Source of the DNA: an uncultured Verrucomicrobiae bacterium
GTDB lineage: Bacteria; Verrucomicrobiota; Verrucomicrobiia; Chthoniobacterales; UBA10450
Length of the DNA: 64,000 bases
Reading direction: 5' to 3'
Assembly: GCA_963726745.1 (NCBI GenBank)
Contig: CAVSDR010000003.1
Span: 896,001-960,000 of the forward strand
Part shown: positions 33,144 through 43,185 of the stretch, piece by piece
Position numbering within the stretch: the stretch's first letter is position 1
Layout: every line of letters starts with the position of its first letter
The notes under the pieces: model-generated
Seen by the model: the letters and a program-made list of their open reading frames with translations, nothing else
Databases searched by the model: none
Told to the model about the DNA's origin: nothing
Position numbers and translations under genes: made by a program

Positions 33144-34409
33144 TCAGGCTTTCCGGCCCGGCCCGTTCTGCGCGATCCAGTTCATCGTCTGGTCGGCTAG
33201 TTTGTCGAAGGCGGTCACGGCCAGCTCGAGGTGCTCCGGCTTGGTGTCCTCGATTTTGTTGTGGCTGATGCCGTGCAGGCTTTGCACGAACATCATGATC
33301 GTGGGCACGCCGGCGCGGGCCACCTCCGCGGCGTCGTGCAGCGGACCGGAGGGCAAACGATGCGGCTGCGCGCCGACCGCGGCGATCGCCTGGTCGCACT
33401 GCTCGATCAATTCCTGGTGAAACAGGATCGGCTCGATGTTCCAAAGCCGTTCCCAGGCCACGGTCACGCCCCCCGCCTGGGCAAAGCGCTCACTCGCGGC
33501 CTGCGCCTCACTTAACATTTTAGCCAGCGCTTTGGCGTCGAGATGCCGCATATCGAGCGTGATCCGGCATTCCTCGACCACGCTGGTGACGATCCCCGGT
33601 TTCGTCAGGCACGAGCCAATGGTGCCGACGCCGCCCCCGCTGCGCGCCGCGATTTCGTAAACTTCCGGGCTCATCCGGGCCGCGGCCAGGAAGGCGTCCT
33701 TGCGGCGATTCATCGGGGTGCTTCCGGAATGCGCCGCCTGTCCCCGGAACGTGATCGCATGCCGCTCGACCCCGAAAGTGCCGAGCACGGTCCCGAGCGG
33801 CCGGTCCAGGTCGAGCAACACCGGACCCTGCTCGATGTGCAGCTCGAGGTAGGCCGCGGCGTTTCGCAGCTCTTCGCCGCACTCCTTCACCTTCTCGAAA
33901 TCGATCCCGCATTCCCGGAGCGCCGCCGGCAGGGTGGTGCCGTCGCGATCCTTGAGCACGCGCGCCTCGTCCATGTCGAGATTGCCCGAGCAGGCGGAGG
34001 AACCGAAAAGGCTTTTGCCGAAACGCGCCCCCTCTTCATCGGCCCAGTCGACCACGCGCACGGTCACGGGCGGACGGCCCTGGTATTGCGCATGGACGCG
34101 GCGCAAAATCTCCACCCCGGCGAGCGTATTCAGGCAGCCATCGAGCCAGCCGCCATTCGGCACCGAGTCGATGTGCCCACCGATCAAAAGCGCCCTCTCG
34201 GATTCCCCGCGCAGCGTCGCCCAAAGATTGCCCGCGGCGTCGCGCTGCACTTCCGCCGGGATCGCTTCCAGCTTTCGCTGCAGCCACTCGCGCGCGCCGG
34301 CCCAGAGGCCGGTAAAGGCGACGCGCTGGGCGCCGTTTTCGTCGCCCGTGAGGGCGCGCAATTCGCGCAGTTCGGCGACCGTGCGCCGCGGATCGAGAAG
34401 GGATTTCAT
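33144..34409 (-). CDS. M20 Zn-dependent amidohydrolase (beta-ureidopropionase / carbamoylase family)
   Basis: GGHIDSVPNGG, DEEGARF, YLELHIEQGP, AHSGSTPM, SGPLHDA, GISHN. Confidence 0.9.
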   Translation of the reverse strand: MKSLLDPRRTVAELRELRALTGDENGAQRVAFTGLWAGAREWLQRKLEAIPAEVQRDAAGNLWATLRGESERALLIGGHIDSVPNGGWLDGCLNTLAGVEILRRVHAQYQGRPPVTVRVVDWADEEGARFGKSLFGSSACSGNLDMDEARVLKDRDGTTLPAALRECGIDFEKVKECGEELRNAAAYLELHIEQGPVLLDLDRPLGTVLGTFGVERHAITFRGQAAHSGSTPMNRRKDAFLAAARMSPEVYEIAARSGGGVGTIGSCLTKPGIVTSVVEECRITLDMRHLDAKALAKMLSEAQAASERFAQAGGVTVAWERLWNIEPILFHQELIEQCDQAIAAVGAQPHRLPSGPLHDAAEVARAGVPTIMMFVQSLHGISHNKIEDTKPEHLELAVTAFDKLADQTMNWIAQNGPGRKA

Positions 34410-34587
34410 ATTGCCGGAAAAACTTTCCTAACAAGTGCGCCCGGCGAAGTCAGGGAGTTTGTTGCGCGCGCGCCCGTCCGGTGAATTTCCCGGCCGCTTT
34501 CCCGTCAGAATTTTCTACGCCCCGGCAGCCGCCCGCAATCGAATCAAAGATGCGGGTTCTCGAACCCAAGCCGTCGGCGCCGTCCTC

Positions 34588-36194
34588 ATGCAAACCAAAA
34601 CCTACCTCGGCCGTTACCTGCTCATGCTGGGCCAAAATAGCCAGCCGCTTCGCCTGCGCCGCGCCGGCCCGGGCGCGACCTACAAAGCCTTCGACTCGCA
34701 GGCCAAGCGCGAGGTTGCCCTCGTGGTCCTGCCCCTGGCGGAAGTAGCCACTGCGCTCCATGGACAACTGGCCGCGGAAGCGAACGCCGCGCAGCGCTTG
34801 CAGCACCCGAATATCCCCGCGCTCTACGATTTCGGGATCGAAGGCGACGAGATCGTTTACGCCTCCGAGTTGGTCGAGGGCCACAGCACTGCCACCTGGG
34901 TCAAAACGCAGAGCCCGCTGCCTATTCCCGCCGTCCTGCGGATCGCCGCGCAGGCTGTGAGCGCCCTCGGTGCGGCCGCTTTTCACGGCATTTTCCATCA
35001 CGCGCTCAACCCGCGAAACATCATCATCCTGCCGGTGGAAACGAATGAGTGGCCGCGGATCAAGGTGACCAATTTCCTCGGCCTGGCGCCGGTTTATTCG
35101 CCCGACCAGGCCGCGGCCGTGGGCACGACCTACGACCCGATCCACTTCGCCAGCCCAGAGCAACTGCACAGCGGCGAAGTCGACTTCGCCTCCGAGGTTT
35201 ACTCGTTAGGCAGCACGCTCTGGTTTTTGCTCAGCGGCACTTTGCCGCTCGGCGGAGCCGCCACCATCGAGACCGCGCAAGGCTTGCCCCCTTCCGTCCG
35301 CCGCCTCCTCCGCGCAATGCTCGCAGCTTCGCCGGCCGATCGCCCGGGCGACCCGCTGGCGCTGCAGGGAGCGATCGAACAAGCGCTGGCCGAAGTGGAA
35401 GCCGGGCCGGTCAGCCTCGCGGCCGTGGCGGCCGCGGAGCCAGTGGTCGTGCGCCCGCCGCGGCGGCCATTCCCCTGGCAGGCTCTGGCCGTGGCTGCGG
35501 TTTTGCTCGCGCTCGCCGGGATCGCGGCGCTCTTCTTTCGCGGAAGTAGCCAGCAACTTGGTGTGCCCGTAGGCGTGCCGGACGAAGTGGCCAACGCCGC
35601 CGCGGCCGCACCGCAGGCGACCCCGCCGCTCATCGCCGCGCAAGGCGTCCTGCAATCCACCGCTGCCGCCAGCGCGGCCGAGGACGAAGCTCCGCTCGAG
35701 GAAGCCCCGCGCGACGAAATGGCCATGCCAGAAGTTGCCGCCAATTCCTCCTCGGAACCCGAGCCCGCGCCGCCTTCCGAAGGTCCGGAGGCCACCGTCC
35801 CGGCCGCGCCCCAAATCGCCGTCGCCACCACCCCCCTCCCGAAGAGCCGATCATCGAGCCCACGCCCGCGCCCGCGCGCCGCACGGAAGTGCGGAAAGCC
35901 GAGCCGGTGGAGGAAGTGGAAGTCGCGGCGCGCCCTCGCGCCGTGCCGCCCAAAACCCGTCTGGCTGCGGGCAAACCCGCGCGTCGCGAACGCAGCGTCC
36001 GCGGCCCGGTGCGCGCGCAATACCTCGGCACATCGCCCGATGGCGAGATGATCTTTGGCCTCCCGAAAGACGAGCGCGGCTACGTCGCTGTGCCCCCGGC
36101 CTCGAGTCGGCAGGAACGCCGTCCCAGTCGCGAAGTGATCTACAAACCCGCTCCGGGGATGCCGGTTTTGCCGGCGCTCCCGGTGGACGAATAG
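34588..36194 (+). CDS. Hanks-type kinase-fold membrane protein, probable pseudokinase 1 (frameshift near 35840)
   Basis: HPNIP.LYDFG, FASPEQ and SEVYSLG kinase scaffold, but HHA replaces HRD and NFLG replaces DFG; TM helix then Pro/Ala-rich tail. Confidence 0.75.
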
Positions 36195-36338
36195 GCGCCG
36201 CGTTCGCGCCCGTAGCCTGCGGTCTTTTGGCTCGCGCCGGTTTTGCGTTATGGTGGGAACCTTGAGCACGATGGACCAGGGTCACGGAAACTCCGCCGCC
36301 ACCACGAGTTTCCCGCCGTCGCGGAGGCTGCTGCGCTG

Positions 36339-36647
36339 ATGCTCGGCTGGGGAAAAAAACGCGCACCGGTGACCGTGCGCCGCGAGATCACGATCCTGAA
36401 TAAATTCGGCATGCACGCGCGCCCCGCGGCCGAGTTTGTCCGCAAGGCGAACAGCTTTCGCTCCGAGATCTCGCTGGTTAAAGATGATCAGCGCTTCGCC
36501 GCCACCAGTCTCATCGATATTCTCCGCGCCAGCCTCGCGCAGGGTTCGCAGCTCACGATCGAAGCTCATGGCCTCGATGCCGAGGAAGCGGTCGCCGCGA
36601 TGGCCCGCCTCCTGGAGAAGTTCCAGGTCGAAGAGGCCAACGTCTAG
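36339..36647 (+). CDS. HPr family phosphocarrier protein
   Basis: ILNKFGMHARPAAEFV (His15 motif), ATSLIDIL (Ser46 region), G.DAEEAV. Confidence 0.9.
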   Translation: MLGWGKKRAPVTVRREITILNKFGMHARPAAEFVRKANSFRSEISLVKDDQRFAATSLIDILRASLAQGSQLTIEAHGLDAEEAVAAMARLLEKFQVEEANV

Positions 36648-36730
36648 GCCCACCCGGCGGCCGTCCGCCGGTCTTTTCGCGCTCGCTTTTGCCGCAGCCC
36701 CTTCGCTAGGGTGTGCGCGCACACAGGTCA

Positions 36731-38396
36731 ATGCACGGGAAAACCTACCTCGGTCGCTACCGGGTGCGCCTCGATCGAATGGGACTTCCGATCGTGCTTC
36801 GCCGTGGCGAAGAGGAGGCCACGCTCCTGGCCGAGAATGCCGAGAGCGGGACGCTGGTCGCGGTGGAATTGCAGCCAGCCGGCGCGCACGCCACCACCCA
36901 ACGCGAACAACTTCGCACCGAGGCCCGCGCCGCGCAGCAGATCGCCCATCCGCACATCCCGCGGCTGCTCGACTTTGGCTTCGACGACGATCAGCTGGTC
37001 TACGTAACCGAATACCTCGAGGGCGAGACGGCGGCGGAGTGGGTCCGGGAGCACGGCGTGCTCCCGCCGGGCGTGGCCTTGCGCGTGGCCGCCCAGGTGG
37101 TCGATGCGCTCGTTGCGGCCAGCCTGCACGGGATCATTCACCACGCGATTCACCCGGGGAATCTCCTCTTCGTTTTCGAAGGCCAGGACCTCGCCGCGGT
37201 GCCGCAGGTAAAGGTCTTGAACTTCCTCGGCCTCGCCCCTTCGCTCGACCCGGCGGAAGGCGCCACCGCGCGCCGGATCGCTCCGGCGGATTTCGCCAGC
37301 CCGGAGCAATTTCAAAATGGCCCGATCACTTTCCGCTCGGAGATCTACTCGTTAGGCAGCACGCTCTGGTTTTTGCTCAAGGGCGTGCCGCTTACCGGAG
37401 GCGCCGCTGCGGTGGCGCAAGCGGTCGGCCTGCGCGCGCCGCTCCGCGCCCTGCTCAGGGAAATGCTCGCGGAAAATCCGGCCGAGCGCCCGTCCGATCC
37501 GGCCGCGCTCCAGCGCCAGATCGAGCATTGCCTGGCCGAGTTCGAGGGCCGGGACCCCGTCGCGCCGCGGCGTGCCGCGGTCCCGGTCCTGGCGAGGTGG
37601 GAGACGCCTCCGCCGCGCCGCCGCTCGGCCTGGAAACCGCTGGCGCTGGCCGCGCTCCTCCTTCTTTTGGGCGCGCTCGCGGTGGTTTTTTTTCGGCCGC
37701 GCCTCTCGCAGGAAATGGCTTTTTCCGCAAGCGCGCCCAGCCCGGCACCACTCGCTTCGCCGCCCGTCGAGACCGAGCTGCCGGCGCCCGATTTGCCGCC
37801 GCTCTCTGAGCTCGCGGTCGCGGAGGAAATTCCGGCCAGAGAAACAGACAGCACTTTCGCTGGTGCGACGCCCGCTGGCGAGGCCGCGCTCGCCGCAGCC
37901 GCGCCGATCGCCGAGCCGGAGAAGACTTCGCCGCCTCCTTCCTTCGCTCGAGCTCGCCTCGCCGCTTATTGCCGGCAATCTCGCAGGCGCGGCGGAGTCG
38001 GAAACCGAACTCCAGCTTCAGGTAGAACCGCTTCCTGCACCGCCCGCGCCACCCGCCGAGGGCCCACCGGAAAACGAGCCGCCGCCGTCGGCCCCCTCTC
38101 CCGCCCGCGAAGCAGCGCCAAGCCTCGAGATTCGCCGGGCGCTCCCGGTGGAGCGCGCGGAGAGCGCGCGCCCCAGGATTACCCTGGCCCGTCCGGCTGC
38201 GACCCCGCCGGAAGCCAAGCCCGCGCCCGCCCCAGCGCCCGCGCGTCGGCCCGCGGGCGGCTATCTTGGGGCCCCGCACAACCGCAGCAGTGTCGTCGGC
38301 CACATCTTCTTCCCCGTCTGGCGCGATCCTGCCCCCGAAGAAAAATCGCCCACGCCCACTCCCACGCCGTCACCCGCGGGCCGCACCACTCGTTAG
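36731..38396 (+). CDS. Hanks-type kinase-fold membrane protein, probable pseudokinase 2 (frameshift near 37940)
   Basis: Paralog of the 34588 gene: KTYLGRY, HPHIPRLLDFG, IIHHAIHPGN, KVLNFLGL, FASPEQ, SEIYSLGSTLWFLL; TM helix and Pro-rich tail. Confidence 0.75.
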
Positions 38397-39676
38397 GCAA
38401 CGTCGCGCGTCCGGGCGAGCCGCGCCTGCCGGTGCCCCAGCCAGAGACTAAGACCGCACCAAGCCGCCGCCAGCGGCGCGGCCGCAAAGGAAATGCCGGT
38501 CAGGCCCAGGCCCAGCCAGGTAAGCAGCGGATAAGACCAGGCACCGATCTGGTCGCCCGCACGATAGACAAACGTGTCCATGAAGCTCTTCGCTTTGTAT
38601 TTGTCCTCCCGGCGCAGGACGGTGAAGAGGACCTCGCGGGCCGGTCGCGAGAGCGCGAAATTCCCCGCGCGCCTTAGCACTTGGAAGAACGCCAGGAAGG
38701 CCAGCACCGGGGCAAAACCAAGGACCAGAAAACCGATCAGGCTAACGAATGGTAGCGCCGCCAGGGTCAGTCCCACGCCGAGCCATTTCAGGAGCCGGCC
38801 AGTGAGGAAAAGCTGCACCGTGATCGTGAGCACGTTCACCCAGACATCGAGCTGCGCGAAGAAAGCCGTGCGCGCCGCGCGGTCGGGAAATTGCGCCCCC
38901 ACGATCTCCGCCTGCTGGAAATAAACCAGCGTGCTCGTGATCGCGTGCAGGAGCATGAACGCGCAAATCCCGAGCAGGTAAGGCGAGCGCGAGACGTGCG
39001 TGATCCCGGACCAGAGCGACCCGCCGATCACCTGGTCACCCTGCGGAGCACGAGAATCGCGCGAGCTTCCGCCTGGGAAAAACCGCACCAGCCAGGCCCC
39101 GCTTTCCAGCATGGCCGCGGAGACCAGCAGGAGATTGGCCGTCCCGATTTGCCTAACGAGTGACGCCGTGAGCAATCCGCCTACGATCCCGCCGAGCGTC
39201 CCGCCCACGCTCACAAAACCGAAGAGCCGCTTCGCTTGCTCGTTGCTGAAGACGTCGGTCATGAAGGCCCAGAAGACGGTCACAACGAAGAGATTGAAGA
39301 CGCTCACCCAGACGTAGAAGGCCGCGCCGACCCAAAACGGCGGCGCGCCGGAGCGGAGCAGAAAATAAAAGCCGACGAGATTGAGCAAGAAGAAGCGGTA
39401 GGCCAGCGGGATGAAGCGCCGCCGCGACATCCGCGCGACGATCGCGGCGAAGAGCGCGTTGGCCACCAGCATCCCGGCGAGCGTGGCGGTGAAGAGCCAC
39501 GAGAGCTTCTCCACCCCGCCGGCCACGCCGATCTCGTCGCGAATCGGCCGGATGACGTAGTAGCTGCCGAGGACGATGAAATTGAAGACGAAAGCAAACC
39601 CGAGCGCGCGACGTTCCGCCGGCCGCACGTCGACCACCTTGCCCCACAACTTGTCGGCTAAATTCCCCACCCGCAC
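38393..39676 (-). CDS. MFS transporter, NTT/TLC (nucleotide translocase-like) family
   Basis: YYVIRPIRD, FYVWVSVFNLF, QAKRLFG, RPAREVLFT, KYKAKSFMDTFVYR.GD. Confidence 0.85.
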   Translation of the reverse strand: MRVGNLADKLWGKVVDVRPAERRALGFAFVFNFIVLGSYYVIRPIRDEIGVAGGVEKLSWLFTATLAGMLVANALFAAIVARMSRRRFIPLAYRFFLLNLVGFYFLLRSGAPPFWVGAAFYVWVSVFNLFVVTVFWAFMTDVFSNEQAKRLFGFVSVGGTLGGIVGGLLTASLVRQIGTANLLLVSAAMLESGAWLVRFFPGGSSRDSRAPQGDQVIGGSLWSGITHVSRSPYLLGICAFMLLHAITSTLVYFQQAEIVGAQFPDRAARTAFFAQLDVWVNVLTITVQLFLTGRLLKWLGVGLTLAALPFVSLIGFLVLGFAPVLAFLAFFQVLRRAGNFALSRPAREVLFTVLRREDKYKAKSFMDTFVYRAGDQIGAWSYPLLTWLGLGLTGISFAAAPLAAAWCGLSLWLGHRQARLARTRDVA

Positions 39677-40810
39677 TCACCCCTGCGCCCGGTGCCACGC
39701 CGCCAGCACTTCCGCTTCCCGCTCCGGCGTCAGTCCTGCCTTCAAAGTTTTCCGCCGTTCCTCCGGCAGCGTCTCGAACCACGCAAGCGTATCGCGTGCG
39801 GTCACCGCCAGCGGCCGGAAGCTCAGGCCCGCCGCGAGCGCCTTCGCATTCGGCGTCCGCCCCATCCCGCCGTCTTCTCCACGCGGCGGCACCCACACCG
39901 GCATGTCCGACCAGGGCGCGACCTTTTGCGCTTCGAGAAAATCCGCGTCCACCCAGGTGAATTTCGCGTCCGCTCCCAGCGCCGTTTTGATCCCGTCGAG
40001 CATCGCGCCCATCTGGATACGGCTTCTCCGGGCCGGTGGCGTTGTAGATCCCGGCCGCGCGTTGCTCGACCATTCGGATGGTCCATTCCGCGAGGTCGCG
40101 CGCATCGATGATCTGCACCGGGTCCGCTGGATTGCCGGGCGCGAGCACTTCGCCGCCGCGCTGGATCCGCACCGGCCAATAGGTGAAACGATCCGTCTGG
40201 TCGCCCGGTCCCACGATCAAGCCCGGGCGAATAATCAGCGCTTTCTTCGGGAACCATTTCTCCGCTTCCGCTTCCGCGAGCGCCTTCAGCGGGCCGTAGA
40301 GTTTGAACCCGGAAGCGACGATGCTTTCGCGCGATTCCTTCATCGCATCCGCGCCTTCGTATTTCGCGAGCGCGCCGCTCTCGTCGTTTGGCGTGGTGTT
40401 GTCTGCGTAGACCGAGATCGAGGAAATGAAAACGTAACGCTCCACGTTTCCCTGGAGGATCTGGGCCACGTCGCGCACCCAGACCGGCGCGCTCGTGGGA
40501 TTGTCGATCGCCACGTCCCACTGGCGATTGCGGAGCGCGTCGAGCTGGCCGTTGCGGTCGCCGATCAGTTGCTCCACGCCCTCGGGCAGTTCGCCCGGCC
40601 GCGTCTTCCCGCGATTAAAAACCGTGACCTCGTGCCCGCGTTCGAGCGCATACTTCACCTGGAACGGCCCGGTAAAACCGGTCCCGCCCAGGATCAAAAT
40701 TCGCAGCCGCTTCGGCTTATCCGCCGCGCGCAGCGCGCAGCGCCCCGAGGCTCACCGCACTACCCGCAAGCGCACAAACTTCGACGAAACTGCCGGCGAG
40801 TTCTTTTCAT
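39677..40810 (-). CDS. NAD-dependent epimerase/SDR family oxidoreductase (frameshifts near 40015 and in the N-terminus)
   Basis: ILGGTGFTG, FNRG, YVFISSISVY, YGPLKA, RPGLIVGP, IDARDLA; C-terminus in ORF 39677..40105. Confidence 0.8.
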
Positions 40811-40811
40811 A

Positions 40812-40896
40812 GGCCACAGGACCGACACGGATGAAAACACGGATGGGGAAAGAAAACCCAGCCTTTATCCGTGTTTCATCCTGTCGATCCGTGGCC
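40812..40896. repeat. REP/MITE-like imperfect inverted repeat
   Basis: GGCCAC...ACACGGATGAAAACACGGAT ... ATCCGTGTTTCATCC...GTGGCC arms with internal ACACGGAT iteration. Confidence 0.65.
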
Positions 40897-40904
40897 AAAA
40901 AAAA

Positions 40905-41963
40905 TCAGGGAGTGAAATCCTGGTCCTGCGGGAGCGAATGGCAAAATGCCGCCAGTAGCCGCGCGGTGTTCTCCAGGTCGACCAGTGACAACAGCTCGTT
41001 AGGCGTGTGCATGTAGCGCAGCGGCACCGAAAGCAGACCGGTCGCCATCCCGCCCCGCGAGAGCTGCATCACATTCGCGTCCGTGCCGGTGCCGCGCGCG
41101 GCCGAAGCCACTTGATACGGAATGTTCTCCGCCTTCGCTGCCGCTACCAGCAACTCGAAGACGCGCGGGTTGATGTTCGCCCCGCGGCAGATGATCGGCC
41201 CGTCGCCCACGCGGAAGTCGCCGGCTTTTTTCTTCTCGATATCCGGCGTGTCCGTCCCGTGGGCCACGTCGAGCGCGATCCCCACTTCCGCCTCACTCGA
41301 GAAAGCGCTCGTGACCGCGCCGCGCAAACCAATCTCCTCCTGCACCGTGGACACGCCGACCACGCCGGCCTCGGAGTTCCGCTCATGCAGGAGCCGCAAA
41401 ACTTCGGTCACGATCCAGGTGCCCATCTTGTTGTCGAAAGCCATCGAGACGGCGCGCTCGTTCGCCAGCTCCAGATACGGCTGCAGGAAAATCCCCGCGT
41501 CGCCGATCGCGACCAGCTCTTCCGCCTCTTCCTTGCTCGAGACGCCGAGATCAACGTAGAGATCCTTCACCTTCGGGACCTTCTTCTTGTCCTCATCGTC
41601 CATCAGGTGGATCGCCTTCCGGCCGATCACGCCGGGCACAAGCCCGTTCGCGGTCTTGATCGAGACCCGCTGCGAAGTCGCCACCACCGGGTCAACGCCG
41701 CCGATCGGCTCGAGGTGGAGAAAGCCTTTCTCGGTGATGTAATTGATGATGAACCCGATCTGGTCGCAGTGTCCCGCGAGCATGATCCGCGGCCGCGCGG
41801 CGGCGTTGCGCAGACCGAAGACGTTCCCCATCACGTCCGTGCGCACGTTCTCGCACCACGGACGCATGCGCTCGCGCACGAGCTTCTGCACGTCGTATTC
41901 GTAACCGGACGGGCTCGGGGTTTCGACCAGGGTCTTGAGGAAGGCTTTGCTTTCGGGATTCAT
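40905..41963 (-). CDS. M42 family metallopeptidase
   Basis: PSPSGYE, AGHCDQIG, IGGVDP, FDNKMG, VQEEIGLRGA, GTD, PLRYMHTP. Confidence 0.92.
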   Translation of the reverse strand: MNPESKAFLKTLVETPSPSGYEYDVQKLVRERMRPWCENVRTDVMGNVFGLRNAAARPRIMLAGHCDQIGFIINYITEKGFLHLEPIGGVDPVVATSQRVSIKTANGLVPGVIGRKAIHLMDDEDKKKVPKVKDLYVDLGVSSKEEAEELVAIGDAGIFLQPYLELANERAVSMAFDNKMGTWIVTEVLRLLHERNSEAGVVGVSTVQEEIGLRGAVTSAFSSEAEVGIALDVAHGTDTPDIEKKKAGDFRVGDGPIICRGANINPRVFELLVAAAKAENIPYQVASAARGTGTDANVMQLSRGGMATGLLSVPLRYMHTPNELLSLVDLENTARLLAAFCHSLPQDQDFTP

Positions 41964-42001
41964 AAAATGGGCGCCGAACTTGTCGGCTAATTTTCTCTGG
42001 T

Positions 42002-43093
42002 TTACCACCGCGCCGCGGCGCCATCGGCGATCCGGCAAACGAACGCGCCCGTGGCCAGGCCGCGCGGCTGGTGGAATTGTTTCGTTAATTCCTCCGCGAC
42101 CGCTTCCGCCTGCTCCACCCGCACGAGCGCGACCGTCCCGCCGCCAAAGCCGCCGCCGGTCAACCGCGCGCCGAGCACGCCCGGGAGGGTGCGCGCGAGC
42201 GTGACCAGCTCGTCCACTTCCGGCGCGCTGTTCTCGAAGTTCACCTGCGAACTTTCGTGCGACGCATTCATCAGCGCGCCCATCGCTGCCACGTCGCCGC
42301 GCTCCAGCGCCTCGAGCGCGCGCCAGACGCGGTCGTTCTCGCCCACGATGTGCGCCGCCCGCCGGTAGAGCACGTCGCCTAACGAGCCGTGCGCATACTC
42401 CAGCGCGTCCGGCGTGAGCTCGCGCAGGCTCTCCAGCCCGAGCGCTTCCGCGGCCGCGGAACACTCCTCGCGCCGGGTATTGTAAAGGCTCTGCAGGAGG
42501 TTGTGCTTCGCGCCCGACTCCGCGATCACGAGCGCGCAATCCGCCGGGAAAGCGAAGGTCCGCACCTCTTCGCTCTGGCAGTCGAAATAGACGACATGAT
42601 CGCGCTTCCCGAAGACGGAGGTCGCCTGGTCGAGCAGGCCCGAGCGCACGCCGACGAATTCGTTTTCCGCGCGCTGGCAAAGCTTCGCCACCTCCAGCGG
42701 CGGCAGGCGAAATTCATTCAGCAACATCAGCAAACCCGCGGTCGCGACCTCCAACGCGGCCGAGCTCGAAAGCCCCGCGCCCGCCGGGACATCGCCGGTC
42801 ACTTCGGCATCGAACCCGCGCACCTCGCAGCCGGCGCGCTGGAATTGCTCGATCACCCCGAGCGGGTAGTTCGCCCAGCGCTGCTCTTCCTGCGGCGCGA
42901 TCTCGCGCAGGGAAAAATGCACCCGGCTGCGCGCGTTCTTCGAAGTCAGGATGACGTTGTCGTCCTGTCGCAGGATCCCCGCGACCGTCAGCCCGCGATC
43001 GATCGCCGCCGCCAGGACCACGCCCTGGTTGTAATCGGCGTGGTTCCCGAGCAATTCGACTCGACCGGGCGCGTAGGCAGCAGCTGGACTCAC
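42002..43093 (-). CDS. galK: Galactokinase
   Basis: APGRVELLGNHADYN, PAGAGLSSSAA, AENEFVG, GARLTGGGFGG. Confidence 0.92.
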   Translation of the reverse strand: MSPAAAYAPGRVELLGNHADYNQGVVLAAAIDRGLTVAGILRQDDNVILTSKNARSRVHFSLREIAPQEEQRWANYPLGVIEQFQRAGCEVRGFDAEVTGDVPAGAGLSSSAALEVATAGLLMLLNEFRLPPLEVAKLCQRAENEFVGVRSGLLDQATSVFGKRDHVVYFDCQSEEVRTFAFPADCALVIAESGAKHNLLQSLYNTRREECSAAAEALGLESLRELTPDALEYAHGSLGDVLYRRAAHIVGENDRVWRALEALERGDVAAMGALMNASHESSQVNFENSAPEVDELVTLARTLPGVLGARLTGGGFGGGTVALVRVEQAEAVAEELTKQFHQPRGLATGAFVCRIADGAAARW

Positions 43094-43185
43094 GCGCGCA
43101 CCATTCCACATCCGCGCCCCGCGCGCCGGAAAACGTCGGCTAAATCGCGCATTGAGCGGAGCCGCCCGGGGACGCATCGTCCCGC

